Shown one piece after another: positions 51,001 to 64,000 of a stretch of 64,000 nucleotides of DNA; positions within the stretch are counted from its first letter, which is position 1, and each line of letters opens with the position of its first letter. The notes under the pieces are model-generated. The model saw only the letters and a program-made list of their open reading frames with translations. It was not told the origin of the DNA and ran no database searches. The position numbers and the translations under genes are program-made. This DNA comes from Mobula hypostoma (lineage: Eukaryota): assembly GCF_963921235.1 (NCBI RefSeq), contig NC_086108.1, positions 90,088,001-90,152,000 on the forward strand, written 5' to 3'.

Positions 51001-54000
51001 GCACAACTGAGATGCAAAATCTGCGGCGTCAACCCGAGTGAAATTATCTAGCGAGTGGTTTGTTAGAAGTCTATTCTTTGGGGCCCAATTATTGATTCGT
51101 ATGCCCCTTCCCAAGAAAGAACAAAAAAAATCGCCTCATTTTTGGATCAAATATTTGAAATAGACACGGTATGATAAGAGGATTAGATACAACACTAACT
51201 TTTTAAGAGATCACTCGCTCCATATAATGATGATAAAATATCTCTTTATATTTATTAAACTTCAGCTGCCATGTGTCAGCGCTTGGATATAACTGGAATC
51301 CTGATCTTTAAGTCACTAGCCGCCTTTCACTGCACACAGTATATATATGAACAGCGTCCCAAAGGTATTAAACGTCTCCTACTGGGAACTCATGAATAAG
51401 AGACTATGAAGTAGTCGCGTCAGATCTTCCTCAATTAATCCACCATTAGCATGTTTGGGATCCACGTATTATGTTAAATGGTGCCTAGATCTAATCACTT
51501 TATCTGGCAAATAAACCCTGTGCGGATCTGCTACCCAACTAATGTTTTTTTTGGTATCGAGTTACACTCATTCGTTGTGGCAGGCGACAACTGGTCGTAA
51601 TTGTTTCACTTTGATTAGATATTTTTGCAAACATCTCTGGTGCCGCGTAGACCCCAGAGCGGAACAGTGTTGCATTAAAAAAATTGTTGAAAGGGTGGGG
51701 GGGTGGGTTGGGTGGGGGCTCCGGGAAGAACCTTTTACCCGAGGCTTGGAGCTGTAGTCAGCCCCCGCATCGTCCACCCCCATTCTCCACACCCCTCCCC
51801 CTCACAGAAAGCAACCTCGATACCAGAGGTAGAGAAACACATCGATACCGCGTCTCGACCCCGCAGGAGAGTGCCTTTGAACCTCCATTGAAAAAAAAGG
51901 TAAGCGGTGTCTTCAGAGGGGGGAGTTAAAAAGAGTGGTGTCAATAGCAACACGGAGTTTCATCTTCCGTTATTTTTTTTTAAACCGCTGCTGTTCAGCG
52001 GTGCACTAAGATTTTCCGCCAGTCATCTATTTTCATCTGTTGTCAAGTGTGTGAAGGCGCAAATTATGTGGACTCATTTAAATTACAGTGTTCTTTTTTT
52101 TTTGTTTACCGATTAAGTAACATAGTCAACGTTATTTTTTTTTCTGCAAAGGGTCCTGTTAAATGGGAGCCACAATCCCGAACCGCTGTGGATCATTGCA
52201 AAACAAGAGGACCTGACAAAAGGCTGCTCAGTATGCACGAATATGTCGCGAGAATGAGTGAAATGCAGCAGGATTATGCTGTGGGTACGTTCACTTCGAA
52301 TGAAATGTGAATAAAAATCTACTCGTAATGGCTAATCGAATTATTGAAGGGTAATTGCAATGCTATTTTGACTAGATGCAACGTGGGAATCAATGAACAA
52401 AGGTATTTAGCATATGATGTGTCTTGGCTGATGCTGGGAGATATTTCAGTGTTCGCACGATGTAACACAGGGTTTGTGTGCTCTGGTTGACAGTGCCCTG
52501 CACAGTCATTTTTAGGAATACCATAGCCTGGGGGAGGGGGTGGGGTATGAATATGCACCCAGAGGCATCGGTCTCATAGGAAATGGTGCTAGTAAGTAGT
52601 TCGCCTGGTTCAGATTCGATTCACAAGAGCTTTTGTTGCGCTGAGCATCAGTGTCGCTCCTGCGTGCGTCTCTTAGGATTGAGCTGTCCGTGGTGCTGAA
52701 ACCATTGACTCTTCCAGGGTAAGATTTGTCTGTACTTTGTTGAATATATTGACTAGCCATTGCAATTTGGATGAAAGCTTTAAACATTTTTTTTTTCGGT
52801 AGCTGGTATCTTGGATAGTCGAGTACATGCGCATTTCATAATTTGATTGTCGTATTACTACGAGCCGTGGTAGATGCTGTTGGTCTCTTTCCTATGATCA
52901 TCTGGCATAAGAAAGGAATTGTACACATATCTTCATATCAGGGAAACCTGCGCAATAAATTGATTCTTTTTATTTAATGCACTGATATAATTGTTATTAT
53001 AAATATTAAGCCGAGAGTGCTATGACTGGTGTAATGGGCGCAACCAAGGTAACAGCACGTTGGCGGAGTTGAAGGTCTCGCCTCGCATTTAGAGAGGGGA
53101 AAACTGTACTAATTTTGGAAACTATGAACAACAATACTTAAGATAAAACATTTTTCAAATCAGTTGTTTGGAATTTCAACCAAGAACACACCAGTATTCG
53201 TAGTGTTGTGGAGGCAGCTGCCTCTAGCCGATTATGAAATTCGGCATTCAAGATAAGCCCCTTACTGTTGGTTTTTTTTTGTCAATCTCATCCGCCATGG
53301 AGATTTCGGGATACTGGGTAGTATTCAGTAAAACCCATAAGCAGTCTTATTACAATACTTGAAGAATGAAGTAACCACACAGGGGGAAAAACATCTTCTG
53401 GCTCTCTTTTTCCTGGGGTCCAACCCTTTCATTGGGGAGAAAAAGGAAATACGAAGCTCCGGATGCACTGATCACCATTCAACAAACAACATCTGAGGAA
53501 TTACATTAAAGCAGAATTGTAGTCTTTTCTTCTTTGCCTTTATGGGAATGTAGTTAAGGGATTATATGTGAAGGCCTGCAATGGTGTCTTCGCCTCAGTT
53601 CATCGTGCTTCCCTCTGCCCTTACCTATCGATGTGGACAACCGCTCTGGTAGATTCATTTTTTTTTCACAAATGACTATTGGATCGTTATTTTTCCACAG
53701 TTGTTTAGTAAAGATTATCTTTGAATATTTCACATTGATATTCCGTCATCAACCTGTAATACTTACCTTTCCTCTCACACACAATCTTTCCCACTCACTG
53801 TTGTTCCTCCTATGCCTAAATTATTTAAAAAGAAATGCATAACTGGATGAAGGCGTTCATAACAAACAAATTAATTAATGTTTTCCTTCCTTTGAACTTC
53901 CACATCCCCACACCCTTCCCAGGAACTTAACTTTTGGGCGTATTCCGATTAAATGATCAAGGGAATGTTAACAGTTCAGAATGAAATGTGGAGAATGGAA

Positions 54001-57000
54001 GAATACTGCACGACATTCCGTAAACGCTCTGCTGCTTTGGGCAGGTGAGTTGGCGTCCTGAGCGTTACATTTTAGGATCTGTCCTTTCTGAGAGGCTATA
54101 ATTTCAAATGGTGTACTTTTGGGAACAGAAATCAAATGGTCACAAAATACGCACAAAACCATGTACTTCAAAATGCATTTTATTCATTTCCCTTTGCAGA
54201 GTGGCATTGCTGGGACCTCGCCTTGAGGGGACGACTACTCAGATTCATTCTTTGGAACCCGTCTTTGTTGATGATAGGTGTGGAATTTTTATTTGGCATT
54301 GGCTAGATGTTGCTAGATTTATTCAGACTCTCTTCGGTGACGGGTATTCTTGGGTGTATAATACGGATTACGTTGTTATTGCTTAAGAATACGCGTAGTC
54401 GAGGAGAGTACACTCTACGGCACTTCAATGGACTAAAACCAAATGCACAGTTTTACATAAAGAAATTGAGGGTTTCTGATGTCCGACAACAGCTCTTCAT
54501 AAGAAATGGTAACGTGAGCACGAGACGCGCGCCGGTGCTATTATTCGAGTCGCGTTTCTATTATTTAAGATATTTGCATTGCATATCAACAATAGGACCC
54601 CGCCTCCTAACCTTTGGAGCGATCTGTTGGAGAAGGAACCAACTCCAACGCTTTGTGTCATTTGCTAAGGATACCAACTGTAAGTGCGACCATGCGACAC
54701 CAGCTAAATGAATAGGGGAAGAAATCAACTTTCAAATACTTACGCCGGTTCGATTTTTTTAGAGCATGTAGGTTGGGGGACGAATAGGAATGACTACTGC
54801 AGAGCGTAATGTGGCGTTACCACCGTGTCTTGAAAGAACTGTGCTTTCTTTTATGTTCGTGTTCAATAGATTTATTTCTATGGGATGTATGTTTCATGTG
54901 GTTGTAGCATCAATTTGCTATTGAGGCGTTGCTACAGAACCAATCAGACAAGCAATATGTGAATATGGGGACCAAGTAGTAATTCTTAGGCTTGTCCTAT
55001 AGTTCTGTATCATGAAGAAATAAAACTTCAGAATACAGATTGACACTAGCAACAGCAAGTTGCTGTTTTCTCAGCTTCCGAGTGATTTTAAAAGTAAATT
55101 TACAGTAACGTGGCAATGTGTTTTCTTCTATTTGAAGTATCAGTGGAATTAATGCAGGTTCATACCCCAAGCTTTACTTAAACTAAGCATCTGTTTCACC
55201 TATTTCTTTTAAACGGCCAAGAGGAACTATTTTCCAGACTGGATTTCGGGCGAATCACTCAATTAAAGCCACTTCTTGACAAGATGTTCGTGTTGTTCCA
55301 TTATCAGTGGGCAAAACAACGGCAATCTAATACATATCCTAAAGGGATTACATGGTTGCACCGTCTCTGAGCCCGGCCCTAGCCGCTCCTTCCCATGTGC
55401 CTGCTCAGCTAATTTGCTCCCAATCACCCTGGAACCCCCTCCATCTCCACTTTCGCCATGCTAGGGTTAATAAATGGGATTGTTAAGAGGTTCACATTTA
55501 CACCGCAGTTTGCAATCGCTTCTTGTATATTCCACTCAAAGAAACATTGTAGCTTTATTCACAATACTGCCGGTTTATCAATATGGCATTGGACATACTA
55601 GCTCTGCGTTACATGTTTTGCGGAGTTACTTTTCTCCCCCTTTTATATTCTGGCCGGATCGTGAGTGTATTGTAGGTGCCGAATCAAGTGGGCCGCTGTT
55701 GAAAGCAAAATGGCTTCCGATAATAGCCGGGAAGTAATTGATGTAATACTTTTATTTCTCCATAATGAGACCTCATCAACCAGAAAGAGCAATTTCGTTC
55801 TTTCGCCCTGTAATAAGAATACAATAATCCCCCATATATTTTACCATGTATACACCAGAAACTCGTAGCTAATCACTGCTCATATTTTATTAAAGGGAGA
55901 TTAAGTTGGCGTAGTGCTGATAACTACAGAATGCACAGGAGATTGCATGGCACAGTGACAGATTGTTTCCAAACTAACTGATTCAAATCTTTTAGTTTTC
56001 CATGTCCTTGCTTTGTATAGATCGGTTCGGCGCTTTTTGATGATGGCGTTTTTTAAACTATAAATATTTTCTAGGAAATGCGTATCAAAGTGACACCCTC
56101 TTGCTACATTTTATTATGTAGAAAACATGTTGCGCCAAATACGGGTTTCAGTAGAGATGTTAAAAGTAGTATATAGCGTAAGATTAATTAGTGGTATGTG
56201 TTTTTTTCCTGGTGATACATACTTTGCTGTGTGCCACACCCAAAAGTAACATATCACCGCGGAAGCAGAGCGAAACTACACGTTATACTGCCTTCTTCAT
56301 ATCCAAATCTAAACCTTGAGCAGCTTACATCGGGGATAGGCCTGGCAACAGTTGTGAGTGGAAACAATTGATATTCACATGCAATTGCCTTGTGTTGTTT
56401 GTTTTGAATGCACAAAATAGTATTAATTACAGGTCTATAATAGCTAAAAGTGTTTAACTAATTAAAATAATGTCCCGCTAATACCTACTATTGATCGTGC
56501 AATGCATTTCAATCTGGGGCACTCAGATGTTGAAACGGTGACACTAAATCAAGCTATTATTTCAATGAAGGAACGTTGGATTTACTGGATACTTGATATA
56601 AAACAAGTATCTTAATAATTCTAAGTAAATTGATACCAGTAACTGCAAAATGGCTTTCGAAAACGACAATGGACGTCTCGTTCGCCATTCCAAACAGGAG
56701 ATAAGTTACACAAACTTATTTTTTCGCAAGATATATTTCGGAAATAACCACGTGCTTCCACACATACCGAGGTGAAAGGTCGCATCATGTATTTGTTTTC
56801 AATAATTACATGAGTTTTGTTAAAATGTAGTGCTTACCCAGTGCCCCTAAACTCCAATGTGTTTCATGGTGATCTATCAACCCCACTTAACTGAGCTCCT
56901 GTCCTGACCAATAATTTACTAAGTGACATAGGTGGCAGCATTGCCTCCAATTTATTTCAGTATGCATAATATACATTTGTAAAGCACTATAGGATATTGA

Positions 57001-58100
57001 CATTAAAAATGAACAAAAAAAAGTAAGTTTTAGAAAACGTAATTTAACTTTTCGTAGACTGTGCAATACGGAAGTTTAGAATATTGGGACATATATATTT
57101 CCCCAGATGAGCGCAGATGCGCTTCGAAAATAATTTGCGATTATAATTTTGGAACATATAAGAAAATTGCTCGTTAGTATTAGCAATTACTCTCATTCCC
57201 TCTCTCGCACCCTCTATCTATGCAATTATTTGGGGAACTGATCTCACGCACAGTTCCATTGTAACTTGAAAATGGTGAAATACATTATCCTTGACCATGA
57301 CAATGCTGTCAGAAACAAATAAAGCAAAAGATTGGCCTGCACACAAATATATCGTTTACTAGTATTATCCCACGGCAAGTTTCCTTAATTACCGTGACCC
57401 TGTTGATCTATGATCTTAACTTTGCACCATGGCGAGAGTTAAATGAAAAAAATCGCCCTTCTTTATACATTCAGACTAATCTCGCAGAAAACACACGCAT
57501 ATTGGTGGTCAGTGAATCACAGGAATCCGGGTTAAAAGTAATGGATTACCAAAATATGGAATGGTGAATAAGTAAGCAAGGACAACCGCAGGTGGCCTCT
57601 GCCAACACATTTCTGTTTAAAATCGCGATGACTGAATTGTTATAACTAACTTCAAGTATCTCGACATTGGTGGATAGAACTAAAGATAAATGAAGATTTT
57701 ATTGAGCTTCGAATTTTACATTAGGAACGCGCTTTTCTGAAGTGACAGTGCCTTTATTTCAATGTCAGAACAAATGTCACCGCTGCCTCCACAAAATGAC
57801 GATAATGATAATTGTAAAGAATGCATTGCCGAAGAAAGAGAATGATAGTGAAAGCTTTGCCCTTTGAGGGATGCCATAGAATTTCAATAACCGGATATAA
57901 ATTATGAAATCATTTGCTGTTTGTTCAAAAGAGACAATGAGTTAGGAATTTCCTTACTCTAATTTCGACTTGACATCATTTATATATTGTATATATGACT
58001 GCAAATTTCAATGGATTTCGGTACTATATTGTTCAGTAGATCAGAATGAACCAAAGGCCTATCCTAGTTGATAATTTACGTGCATCGCGTCGGTATCACT
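45050..58100. promoter_or_regulatory. Transposon-free, CpG-retaining non-coding domain (candidate non-methylated regulatory domain or CNE cluster)
   Basis: No recognisable repeat between about 44.9 and 59.8 kb. CpGs are visibly frequent (CTCGCGAAAACGAACAGCGC, GAGACGCGCGCCGG) despite moderate GC, unlike the CpG-depleted flanks. Judged by eye, not computed. Confidence 0.65.
49806..49824 (+). promoter_or_regulatory. CTCF-like binding motif
   Basis: TGGCCTGCAGGTGGCAGCA closely follows the CTCF core consensus; motif match only. Confidence 0.5.
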
Positions 58101-60219
58101 GTGCTTCCATAAAACAAGATTTTCAACATTCCAAATATACTGTCTTAATTAAATCAAACATGACGATTACATTTCAGGTAACTAATCTAAATTAGATTAT
58201 AACATAACAATCGTGGCATTCAAAGATACTATTCAAAATGTTGTTGATTGCTTTTATACTTTTCAACTTTATTGAAGATTATAAGCAGCAAATGAAATTT
58301 TGCAATATCAATATGATTCCTTCTTGAAGCAAAAACATTGAAATACTAGAGATATGCATAAAATATTTGCTTGACATCATCATATATGAATTTAAAAGAG
58401 CAGAACAGAATAAAATTGAAGAGCATCAAATTTCTCATCCATATGCTTGTTACTAAGGAGGTAGTGCTCTAATGTGATTCTATAATACTGATAATACTAA
58501 TTCTATAATGTCATGATTTTCCTTTTGAATTTGACGTAAACAATGTTTATCATATAGGTAGGAAAAAACAAGGGAAATAAAATATTTTTTTTCTTTAATT
58601 TTAATGGTTACTATCCTTTGTAGTATGAAATGCTGTCATTAGATGACTCAGACATTTTCATAGATGCAATCAGATTATTAGGACTCTGCATTTACCTGAT
58701 ACCAATGCATATATTTTTGTGACCGGTAGGAAAATGCAGCTTTCAGTTAAAATGTATAGTGAGGTAATTAATGTAAGAATTAATTAATTAAGGTAATTAA
58801 TTACAACAGTCACAATAATTTGGGAAAAACTTCCTACAATAAAGGAATCAATATAATTTAATAAGTCAGCATAAAGTTTTTTTTAAATTGCTGAATTTCA
58901 ATCCAATCTTCTGCCCAAATTATAGATTATTATTTCTTATTTCACAACAATAGTATGATTTTGTAATTAATCATGTAGCTGTTTATTTCTTTTGAAAAAA
59001 AATTGGAACTATTAATTGATACAAAACTCTTTCATGTTTGTGCTCAGTTTCCATTATCCCATATGTAATTTACTATTAAGATAGGTGTACTTTGAAATTA
59101 AAATAGTGATGAAAACTTTTTAGCAGGTTTTCATTACTCTTCTCACTTTATACTATGTCTAGCATTAAGATACTGGAGAGTCAGAACATATAGATCAGTG
59201 AAAAGTATTCACTTCAGAAGAGTTAAAAAATTTTAAAAATCACACATACCTAAAGAGTATGGGATTCCAGGAAAGCCTTATCTTGAGCAGCATAAAATTC
59301 CCTCTTTTCCAATTAGGACACTATTTCTGGAAGTACATAAACTAACACAGTTCTTTTAAAATCTGTGAACAGCTGGAGATTTTTTTTATCAAAATGTTAA
59401 AAAATAGTATCTTAAAAATGGTTTGATTCTGTGATGGTTCTTTTAAAGATTGAAGTTTTCTAGAGGTTGCAATTGAGTATTTATGATATGTTGAATTATT
59501 TGCATCTTTGAATGGATAGGAGTATTTTGAAAGGATCAAGAAGATATTTATAGAATGTAGAATGATTATTCTTACAGCTTTAACATGCTTGCTGCATTAC
59601 GCGTGTTTAGTATACATGCATATTCAGACATTCAAGACAAAAATAGCATTTCTTGAAATACATCCTTCATAATTGCGGCATGTTCTTCGGATATCTTCAT
59701 CAAAAAGCTTAACCTATTGCAATGTTGTTTGAACTTGGCAAGCACAACTTTTCCAGAAGTGTAACATTTTTGCTAAGTAGAAGGTCACAGGAATAAAATG
59801 ATAAGACAACTGATTGTCTGATGAGATTATCTAGATTGATGAAAGGTTATTAGCTGAAAATTAACTCTTTCTCCTCTCTTCCTAGATGCTGATTGGTCTG
59901 CTGAGTATTTCAAGCATTGTTAGTTTATCAGTGTTTAATTTGTCACTTAGCTAGGTGACTTTCTTTGAAGCTGTTAGTATGGTCTTTTTAGAAAGTTGAT
60001 TTACAACGAATTTTCCCAACATCAAAATGCTCACGTATTTTGAAGTTGAGTATAATGCACACTGCAGTTTCAATCATGTCCGACAATGAGAAAATGCCAT
60101 TTTGATTTGATCATTAGACATTCGCTATATAAAGTGTAAAGAAATAAAGAAGGAGTTTTATCTCAGCAAAATGAATTTATTCTTTGGGTCTATGCAGTGC
60201 TGTGATAAATGTTATAGAA

Positions 60220-60460
60220 CATCGTTAGCATAGCACTTAAGATAATTCTTTTACAACACCAGCAATCGATTTTCACTTCTACCACTGTATATAAAGAGTT
60301 TGTACATTCTTCCCAGTATTGAGTGGGTTTACATCGGGTGATCCAGTTTCCTCCTGCCTTCCAAAGATGGGTTAGTAGGTTAATGGTCATATGGGTGTAA
60401 TTGGACAGCATGGTCTCATTGGGTCAGAAGAAACTGTTACTGTGCTGTATAACTAAATGA
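60220..60460 (+). mobile_element. Old V-SINE-like element
   Basis: GAGTTTGTACATTCTTCCC..GTGGGTTTACATCGGGTGATCCAGTTTCCTCC..TCCAAAGA V-domain-like segment and a CR1-like tail. Confidence 0.7.
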
Positions 60461-62914
60461 ATGATAAATCTATCCTGTAGATTTACTGAAGTTCAAGAAA
60501 ACTACCTCTAACAGTTAAAACTTTTTATGTGACATCTACCTGACAATTCTTCCATAAGACCATAAGGCATGATAAAGCAAGTAGCATTCAAAATAAAACA
60601 CTGTAACACTAAAGTTTTTTTTTTCGCTGCTGAAAAGAGCAGCTGTATACGTTTAGATTCTGCAATTGTAGAATTATAAGTTTGTAAGATGACATCCATA
60701 AACATGTCAAAGAGTGAAAAAAAACATTCTTCCAAAAGTTATAATCTTTCTACATTCCTAAATCTATTCCACTCCCAATCACTCTCTTGTAACCTTAGGG
60801 TAGCTTCTTAGATTGTAATCCCAATGTATTTTTTTTTTTGAAAATTCCCCATTGGATCTGTTTCTGTTAGTTTCTTTCACATTTCATATCTCTCTTTCCA
60901 ACACAGTTGAAACTATTTCCTCACACCTGTGAAGCCTTCCAGGTTTTTGTTCATTTGCTCAGTTCCTTTATGTCTGCCTTATTATCTACTGCTGTGACAC
61001 TCACAGGTTTCATGATCTTCCTTCTGGCCATGGAACAAAACTATATCCAGCACACCAGATTTGTTTTCAGGGTTCATCTCTAATGAATACTCCAAAATAT
61101 TAGGCCCTACATCTTATACTTAATGTTCCAGAAAGGTATTAAGGGTCTGATTTCTCAGAATCTAGTTTCTTTTATATTATTTCCAAGATACCTTTATAAA
61201 TGTTGACTTACAATTTTATATTCAGCCCTGTTTTGTTGATGGTTTTTGCACCAAAGAGTTTATGATTCAAAGTGTGTACGTCTCTCATGTATGAGGGTCA
61301 TGTTCAGATGAGGGCAGAGAATACAAAAGTAAAGAAAAATAGTGTTGGAATAGAAATAGTATCCAGAATATATTGCTCAAAAAGATGTATGGTTGGCAAA
61401 ATGAAAAAGAACTATGGAAAATGATGAAAATCTGTTTTTACGTTACTGTGACAAAACAGCTAAAGGATGCTGCTTGGATGGTGATGATTTCATGATCCAA
61501 AAGTTCTTCTGAAGAATGGGGCAGAAAACTTGTTTCTTGTAATCGTTTTATGAAATGTTACAAGAGCAAAGATGAAAGGAAAAAGTATGGCAAGAGACAA
61601 AGGAGAACAGAAAAGTGTAGAACAGGGAAAGAGAAAGACTCAAAGTAGTGTGATCTTCTTATACCCAACTACTGATAACAGAAATTCCATTAATGACTCA
61701 AGTAATGTGGCACCTACTACTGAAACCAAGAGGTTTTCAGAAATATACAGAGGCAACTGTAAACACTGAAAGCTTACATGCATGTAGCAGATTATATAAA
61801 AATACAGAAGGTTATAGAAAGTTAAATTACAAGAAAATAACAATCCTACAGCCCAATCCAACAAAGTATACTTTAACATTTATGTTATCTAATTAGTAAT
61901 TGAAAAGAGCATGTTTATGCAAGTCAAATTAGAATTGTAAGAGCTCTTATGGTGGTGTCCATCACTTGTGCATTCAGTGATCCTGGTGTCAGCTATCAAT
62001 TTTACAAATCTATTTAAGAAAGGTAACAACTTACTTCTTCAAGATACATTCATCGGAATTGTATTAAAAAAGGATGAAATACACAACGTAAACAATGATT
62101 AGTTTTTAGTTTTCCTGCTAAGTTTCTTGAACAAAGGCTTCAAACATTATTTCAGTTTGTCCAGACATGAGTGCTGTTGTTATATGTTTTATCTCCGAAA
62201 GTCTGTGATGTTTCTTAAAAGTTATGAGGCTTATTTTATTGTGCAAACAGGATCATCAAGTTATAGAAGTACCAAGTTCTCCTTTGATGAATCTATTCAC
62301 CATAATATTTTTGTCTTCTTTACTGGAATTTTCATAAACTAATTGATCTTCAATTTTATTTTACCAAATTATTGTTCTAAAATTATTTGACAGCATTGTT
62401 AGGCAGATGGTTATTGACTAGACTTAAATGTTGAAGGGAATTTTTATAATGCTATTATATTAAATAACTCAAGAAAGGGAATTAACAATAATATCTCTAC
62501 TGGTTTCTTCTATTGCTGTATGAACAACAAGTGGTGGTGCCAATAGTAAAATCTGCTTGGAGAACCTCATGAGTTTATCAGTAAAAGTAAACACACTCAA
62601 AATGTATTGAAGCATTCATCAACTTGGCTGTTTCAGGAACATCCTGAAGGACCTTTGTGTTCAAATATTTGGCACAGTCTCACCAATGTCTTAAGAATGA
62701 CTGATGAGGGAAATAACAATGTTTCCAGTAGTATGGTAACATTAATTTGTCATGAAATTACAACCAGTTGAATGAAGTAAATTTAAGGCTGAACTAAAGT
62801 GCTTCATTTGGGTCTCGTATAACCATGAGTTAGCTTTTTCTTTCCATTGTGATTGAAATCACAAAGTATTATAAATATTTTATACTATTCCTTACCCAGC
62901 TCATTAAGATATAG

Positions 62915-63090
62915 AGTCATAGAGCAATGCAGCACAGAAACAAACTCCTCAGCCCGTACAGACCATGTTGAAGTATAATTCTGTCTATCCCCATCAACTT
63001 GCACCAACCATAGCCCACCATAGCCATCCCATTCATTTACCTATCCAAATTGCTCTTAAATGTTGAAATCAAACCTGCATCCGCTAGTTC
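62915..63090 (-). mobile_element. CR1 extreme 3' fragment
   Basis: AGAGTCATAGAG..CAGCACAGAAACA..CAGCCC..CCATTCATTTACCTATCCAAATT.CTCTTAAATGTTG matches the other CR1 tails in reverse. Confidence 0.65.
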
Positions 63091-63205
63091 TGGGTTCGAT
63101 TTCAACAATATATGGATGAAAGCTGGGCTAATAGTAACAGGGATTGAGTGACCATTTCCAAAACAATGTAAGAAATCAAGATTAGTTAAGAATCAATTAA
63201 GAAAT

Positions 63206-63300
63206 CAGTCCTGGCGAAGGGTCTCGGCCTGAAACGTCGACTGTACCTCTTCCTATAGATGCTGCCCGGCCTGCTGCGTTCACCAGCATTTTTATGTGTG
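63206..63300 (+). mobile_element. Short Penelope-derived repeat beginning with a minimal hammerhead motif (63206-63243)
   Basis: CAGTC CTGGCGA AGGGTCTCGGCCT GAAA CG TC GACTG: perfect stem I, GUC cleavage triplet, one core substitution. Followed by the same GATGCTGCC.GGCCTGCTGC.TTCACCAGCA end as the 20485 element. Confidence 0.75.
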
Positions 63301-64000
63301 TAGTAAGCAATCAAGAAGTTACTTGGCAGATTTATGAGCTACTTCCAGAATTTCCTAATTAAAAATGAATTATGGAAGTGGCTGTAATATGTAGAGACAT
63401 CAAGATCTCCACCTGAAACTACCTCCTGTTTATTTCAGGGGAATTGATAAACTGGATTTGCAACAATGTTGTACAGTGACAGTAATAGATGTTACTGATT
63501 TTAATATTTTCATTTTTTTTAAAGTTCTAGGTTTTTTAGAGATTGTCATCATCAAAGGAACATCGTAAACAGTGTGTTTTGTCTGCAAAACAAGCTATTG
63601 CACCTGTAATGTTTATATTTAATCTTAAGGAGATCCTGCATTAAATAATACAATGTAAATATAAAATAATTAACATGAAAGTAATTTAATATTTTTATGC
63701 TGTGATCAAAATATACTGTAGTTTGTGAAATTGTAGTTTTAGGTACAGTAAAGTGAACAACATGTTCTTTCCATTTTGCTCTTTGATTTGGGGCCATTGT
63801 GACATATATCATATGTCAGTCTTCCACTACTGAGATGTTAATATATCAATGCGTTATGATGTCATTAAGAGTGGATCTGATATCAAACAACTGGTCATTA
63901 TTCCCAATAGAACTGTAATGTAATGTAACTGTAATGTAGATTACATGGATCCTTTCACATTTCAGACTGTCTTCCAGTTGTGACGTGCCAAGGATACAAA

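Noticed and set aside
54900..54940. Pre-miRNA hairpin (TGTAGCA...TGCTACA)
   Set aside because: The stem is too short and I recognise no conserved mature miRNA.
45050..58100. A homeobox or other transcription-factor exon inside the CpG domain
   Set aside because: No homeodomain, bHLH, forkhead, HMG or zinc-finger motif in the listed ORFs. Very short exons cannot be excluded by eye.
1..64000. Short ORFs in the six-frame track as host protein-coding genes
   Set aside because: The recognisable ones are transposon fragments. The rest are 60-170 aa, often with non-ATG starts, and show no domain I recognise.

Overview
Vertebrate nuclear DNA, most likely a cartilaginous fish (ray-like). The taxon is an inference from the mix of CR1, Rex1/Babar, V-SINE, DeuSINE-like and Penelope-derived repeats. 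No host protein-coding gene is recognisable; every ORF I can identify is a transposon remnant. Bases 1-44.9 kb are a dense, nested graveyard of CR1, Rex1/Babar, L2 and Penelope retroelements, SINEs, solo LTRs, Tc1 elements and a Chapaev3-like DNA transposon. About 45-58 kb is an abruptly transposon-free, CpG-retaining non-coding domain with CTCF-like and PBX/MEIS/HOX motifs, as seen near developmental regulators. The most notable find is a short non-coding RTE-derived retroelement (3446-4163, minus strand, 11-bp TSD). Its 5' end falls exactly on the predicted cleavage site of a complete HDV-like self-cleaving ribozyme with an unusually expanded L3 loop. The window also carries about ten Penelope-derived repeats with minimal hammerhead-ribozyme motifs. 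Repeat boundaries without a stated TSD or terminus are approximate, and family names come from motif recognition, not database searches.
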